From a virus (lineage: Duplodnaviria > Caudoviricetes): 37,593 bases of DNA. Shown piece after piece: positions 34,985-37,593 of the stretch (its first letter is position 1; each line of letters starts with the position of its first letter). The stretch is from the IMG/VR virus record IMGVR_UViG_3300037424_003001, positions 1 to 37,593 of that record. One strand, given 5' to 3'. Made by a program: the position numbers and the translations under genes. A model generated the notes under the pieces. The model did no database searches. It was not told the origin of the DNA and worked only from the letters and a program-made list of their open reading frames with translations.

Positions 34985-35967
34985 AGCCGGCGTACATTAT
35001 AAGGGCCAACGGAAGGGACATCACGGCGAAAATCGCCGATCGGTTTCTGTCGCTTCGGGTGACGGACGAGGCGGGAATCCAGAGCGACGCTGTCGAGATC
35101 CGGCTCGACAATCGGCCTCTATCCTCCGGCAGCTATGCGGCGCTCCCGCCCTCCACGCGGGATCTCATGGTGGCGCTGGGCTACGAAGGAAAGGGGCTGC
35201 AGCAGATGGGGCTCTATACGGTCGATGAGGTCGGCCTGTCGGGGCCGCCCGACGTGATGACGATCAAAGCCAAGGCCGCCCAATGGATGACCTCGCTCAA
35301 GGCACCGCGCAGCCGCTCCTGGCACGACGTGACGCTGGGCGACATCGTCCGGCGGATCGCCGCCGACAATAACTACGAACCTGCGGTTTCGGCTGGCCTG
35401 GCCGATATTGTCATCGCCCACGTCGACCAGACCGAAGAGAGCGACGCCCACCTCCTCACCCGGCTTTCCCAGGACTATGGAGCCATCGCCAAGCCCGCCG
35501 GTGGCCATCTCGTCTTCGTGCCGCGTGGTGAGTCGAAAACCGCCAGCGGCAGGAACTCGCCTCCAGCGGCGGTGACTTATCGGACCGACGTGCTCCGGTG
35601 GTCTTACCTCGCGAAGGATCGGGGTCGGTATGACGCCGTCGAGGCCGAGTGGCAGGATCTCGCCGCAGCTCAGCAAAAGGTGGCCCGCGCCGGCGATGGC
35701 CAACTGGTCTACAGGCTGCGCCACACTTATCCTGACGAAACAGCGGCACTTGCGGCCGCCGAGGCCAAGCTCGCTGCCTTCGCGCGCGGCCAGGCCACCC
35801 TTAATCTGACGCTCGTCGGCAATGCGAAGATTCGCGCCGAAAGTCCGATCATTCTGACAGGCTTCCACCCTGCCATACCGAGCCGTTGGGTCGCTAAGAC
35901 CGTCTCGCACACTCTCGATGCCAGCGGGTTCAGCACCGAGGTGGATGCCGAGATGTCGAAGAAATGA
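34981..35967 (+). CDS. Late control D / baseplate hub protein (P2 gpD-like)
   Basis: DEAGIQSD...LGY...MGLYTVDEV..SGPP...HVDQTEESD.HLLTRL. Confidence 0.92.
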   Translation: MKPAYIIRANGRDITAKIADRFLSLRVTDEAGIQSDAVEIRLDNRPLSSGSYAALPPSTRDLMVALGYEGKGLQQMGLYTVDEVGLSGPPDVMTIKAKAAQWMTSLKAPRSRSWHDVTLGDIVRRIAADNNYEPAVSAGLADIVIAHVDQTEESDAHLLTRLSQDYGAIAKPAGGHLVFVPRGESKTASGRNSPPAAVTYRTDVLRWSYLAKDRGRYDAVEAEWQDLAAAQQKVARAGDGQLVYRLRHTYPDETAALAAAEAKLAAFARGQATLNLTLVGNAKIRAESPIILTGFHPAIPSRWVAKTVSHTLDASGFSTEVDAEMSKK

Positions 35968-36115
35968 GAGACGACCCTTTGCCGGGCGGCCGGCGGGGGC
36001 CGGGGCGCGTCAACGCCCCGAACCGCGGAAAGGACCTCCGCATGACCCTGATCGGCCGATTTAGGCCATCCCGCCACCTGGTACACAGGCGGGGCGAGAA
36101 TAATCACGGAGAATC

Positions 36116-36919
36116 ATGGAGTCGATGCGGAACGTGCCGGCAGCTAGGCCGGTGGCCCCTTATGTGGGAGGCAAGCGGAATCTGGCCAAGCAGATCGTCG
36201 AGCGGATCGAGGGGATCGCCCACGCTACCTACGCGGAGCCGTTCGTCGGCATGGGAGGCGTGTTCTTCCAACGCCGTTGGGCGCCCAAGGCCGAGGTCAT
36301 CAACGACATCAACCGCGAGGTGGCCACGCTCTTCCGAATCCTGCAGCGGCACTACGTCCAGTTCATGGACGCGATCAAATTTGGCCTCACCACCCGGGCC
36401 GAGTTCGAACGCCTGGTGGCGACGAACCCCGACACGCTGACCGACCTGGAAAGGTCCGCGCGCTTCCTGTACCTGCAAAGGACAGCCTTCGGTGGCAAGG
36501 TCTCCGGCCGCAACTTCGGTGTCTCGCCGGAGCGGCCCGGCCGCTTCGATATCACAACGCTCGGCTCCGTCCTCGAGGACGTGCACACTCGCCTGGCCGG
36601 GGTGGTGATCGAGTGCCTGCCCTATCAGGACTTCCTCGCCCGCTACGACCGGCCTGGCACGCTCTTCTACGCTGATCCGCCCTATTGGGGCTGCGAAGGG
36701 GACTATGGCCGGGGCGTGTTCGGGAAGGAAGATTTTGAGCGGTTGAGGGGCCTCTTAAAGGGCCTTCAAGGCCGCTTTATCCTGTCGATCAATGACGTCC
36801 CCGAGATCCGCGAGATCTTCGACGGCTTCAAGATGGAAGCCGTCCAGACCACCTATTCGATCTCCCGCACCGCCGCCGGCCGGGGCCGCGTCGGCGAGCT
36901 GATCATCAGCGGGCCATGA
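36116..36919 (+). CDS. D12-class N6-adenine DNA methyltransferase (Dam-like) at the Mu mom position
   Basis: PYVGGKRNLA, YAEPFVGMGGVF, EVINDIN and FYADPPY motifs. Confidence 0.93.
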   Translation: MESMRNVPAARPVAPYVGGKRNLAKQIVERIEGIAHATYAEPFVGMGGVFFQRRWAPKAEVINDINREVATLFRILQRHYVQFMDAIKFGLTTRAEFERLVATNPDTLTDLERSARFLYLQRTAFGGKVSGRNFGVSPERPGRFDITTLGSVLEDVHTRLAGVVIECLPYQDFLARYDRPGTLFYADPPYWGCEGDYGRGVFGKEDFERLRGLLKGLQGRFILSINDVPEIREIFDGFKMEAVQTTYSISRTAAGRGRVGELIISGP

Positions 36920-36942
36920 AACGGCTACAGCGCCAGCGGGGA

Positions 36943-37593
36943 TTACTCCAATCCCGGCCAGGCGACGGACCGGGGCCACAGCTCGGAGTCGTCGTTCTTG
37001 GGGCTATTGACCCGCCTGTCGACCGGGATGGCGCGCATCCGCACGGCCGGATAAGGTTTGAGCAACCCCTGGGCGTCAGCCGGCGAAGTGTGCTCGACGT
37101 CGAGCCAGGCATCCCAGTCGGCCGGGTCGAGGATAACAGGCATCCGATCGTGGATCGGCTTGGCCAGGTCATTAGCCGCGGTGACTATAATCGTGAAACT
37201 CTCGACCGGCTCTTGGCCCTTGTCCCAGCGCTCCCAAAGCCCGGCGAAGGTCAGCGGGTCGCCGTCGCCCAAGACGAAGTGATATGGCTGCTTCCCGCCG
37301 CCCTCGGCCCGCCACTCATAATAGCCCGTGGCCGGCACCAGGCAGCGCCGTCGCTTGAAGGCTTCGCGGAAGGCCGGCTTGGTCGCCACGGTTTCCGCGC
37401 GGGCATTGATGGTCGAGTAACCGATCTTGATATCCTTGGCCCAATGAGGGATGAGCCCCCACCTGAGCATCGCCAGCTCCCGCCCAACATCGCCGGCCGG
37501 CCGAGCGACCGGAACCACCTGGGTCGGGGCGATGTTGTAGCGAGCCGGATAGTTCTGGGGCGGCCCCATGGTGATCCGGTAGAGGGCCACCAT
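36943..37593 (-). CDS. SOS response-associated peptidase (SRAP/YedK/HMCES family), 5' end beyond the window
   Basis: RYNIAPTQ, RWGLIPHW, INARAET, RRCLVPA.GYYEW and IHDRMPVIL motifs; the catalytic N-terminal MCGR is not in the window. Confidence 0.92.
   Translation of the reverse strand: MVALYRITMGPPQNYPARYNIAPTQVVPVARPAGDVGRELAMLRWGLIPHWAKDIKIGYSTINARAETVATKPAFREAFKRRRCLVPATGYYEWRAEGGGKQPYHFVLGDGDPLTFAGLWERWDKGQEPVESFTIIVTAANDLAKPIHDRMPVILDPADWDAWLDVEHTSPADAQGLLKPYPAVRMRAIPVDRRVNSPKNDDSELWPRSVAWPGLE

Larger units (their letters stand above)
1..36919 (+). mobile_element. Mu-like transposable prophage with P2-type contractile tail (ends not visible)
   Basis: ner-A-B early region, GemA, Mor/C, Mu gp26-gp37-like head genes and V-W-J-I-fibre-FI-FII-E-T-U-X-D tail order. 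Confidence 0.95.

Noticed and set aside
36002-36019. GGGGCGCGTCAACGCCCC as a third late-activator palindrome
   Set aside because: Half-site sequence and spacing differ from the two GGGCGCA-N3-TTGCGCCC sites; it is better explained as an RNA hairpin.
35964-36440. ORF coupled to the gpD stop containing RCGTCRQL, reminiscent of Mu Com
   Set aside because: It has only one CxxC, which lies out of frame inside the methyltransferase start. It does not end at a gene start, so it is neither Com nor a clean bridge.

Overview
The window is the nearly complete body of a GC-rich, Mu-like transposable prophage, probably from an alphaproteobacterium (inferred from GC content and GcrA-, DnaA-C- and GTA-holin-like genes). 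It runs on the + strand from ner through ParB, MuA, MuB and a semi-essential region to a Mor/C-like activator, lysis genes, a Mu-type head module, a P2-type contractile tail and a D12-class adenine methyltransferase. It ends in a 5'-truncated SRAP gene on the - strand. The repressor gene and both attachment ends are not visible. Three features stand out. (1) Four antisense accessory genes (morons) sit inside the sense operons, and each is spanned by + strand ORFs whose start and stop codons overlap the flanking phage genes, so the translational-coupling chain is never broken. (2) A MuF head protein carries a C-terminal PBECR2-like RNase domain and has no protein immunity gene. It is followed instead by a convergent ~90-nt structured RNA with a perfect extended -10 promoter and its own terminator, a candidate RNA antitoxin. 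(3) The major capsid protein has a signal-peptide-like 48-aa leader. All family calls come from motif recognition and gene order; no database search was run.
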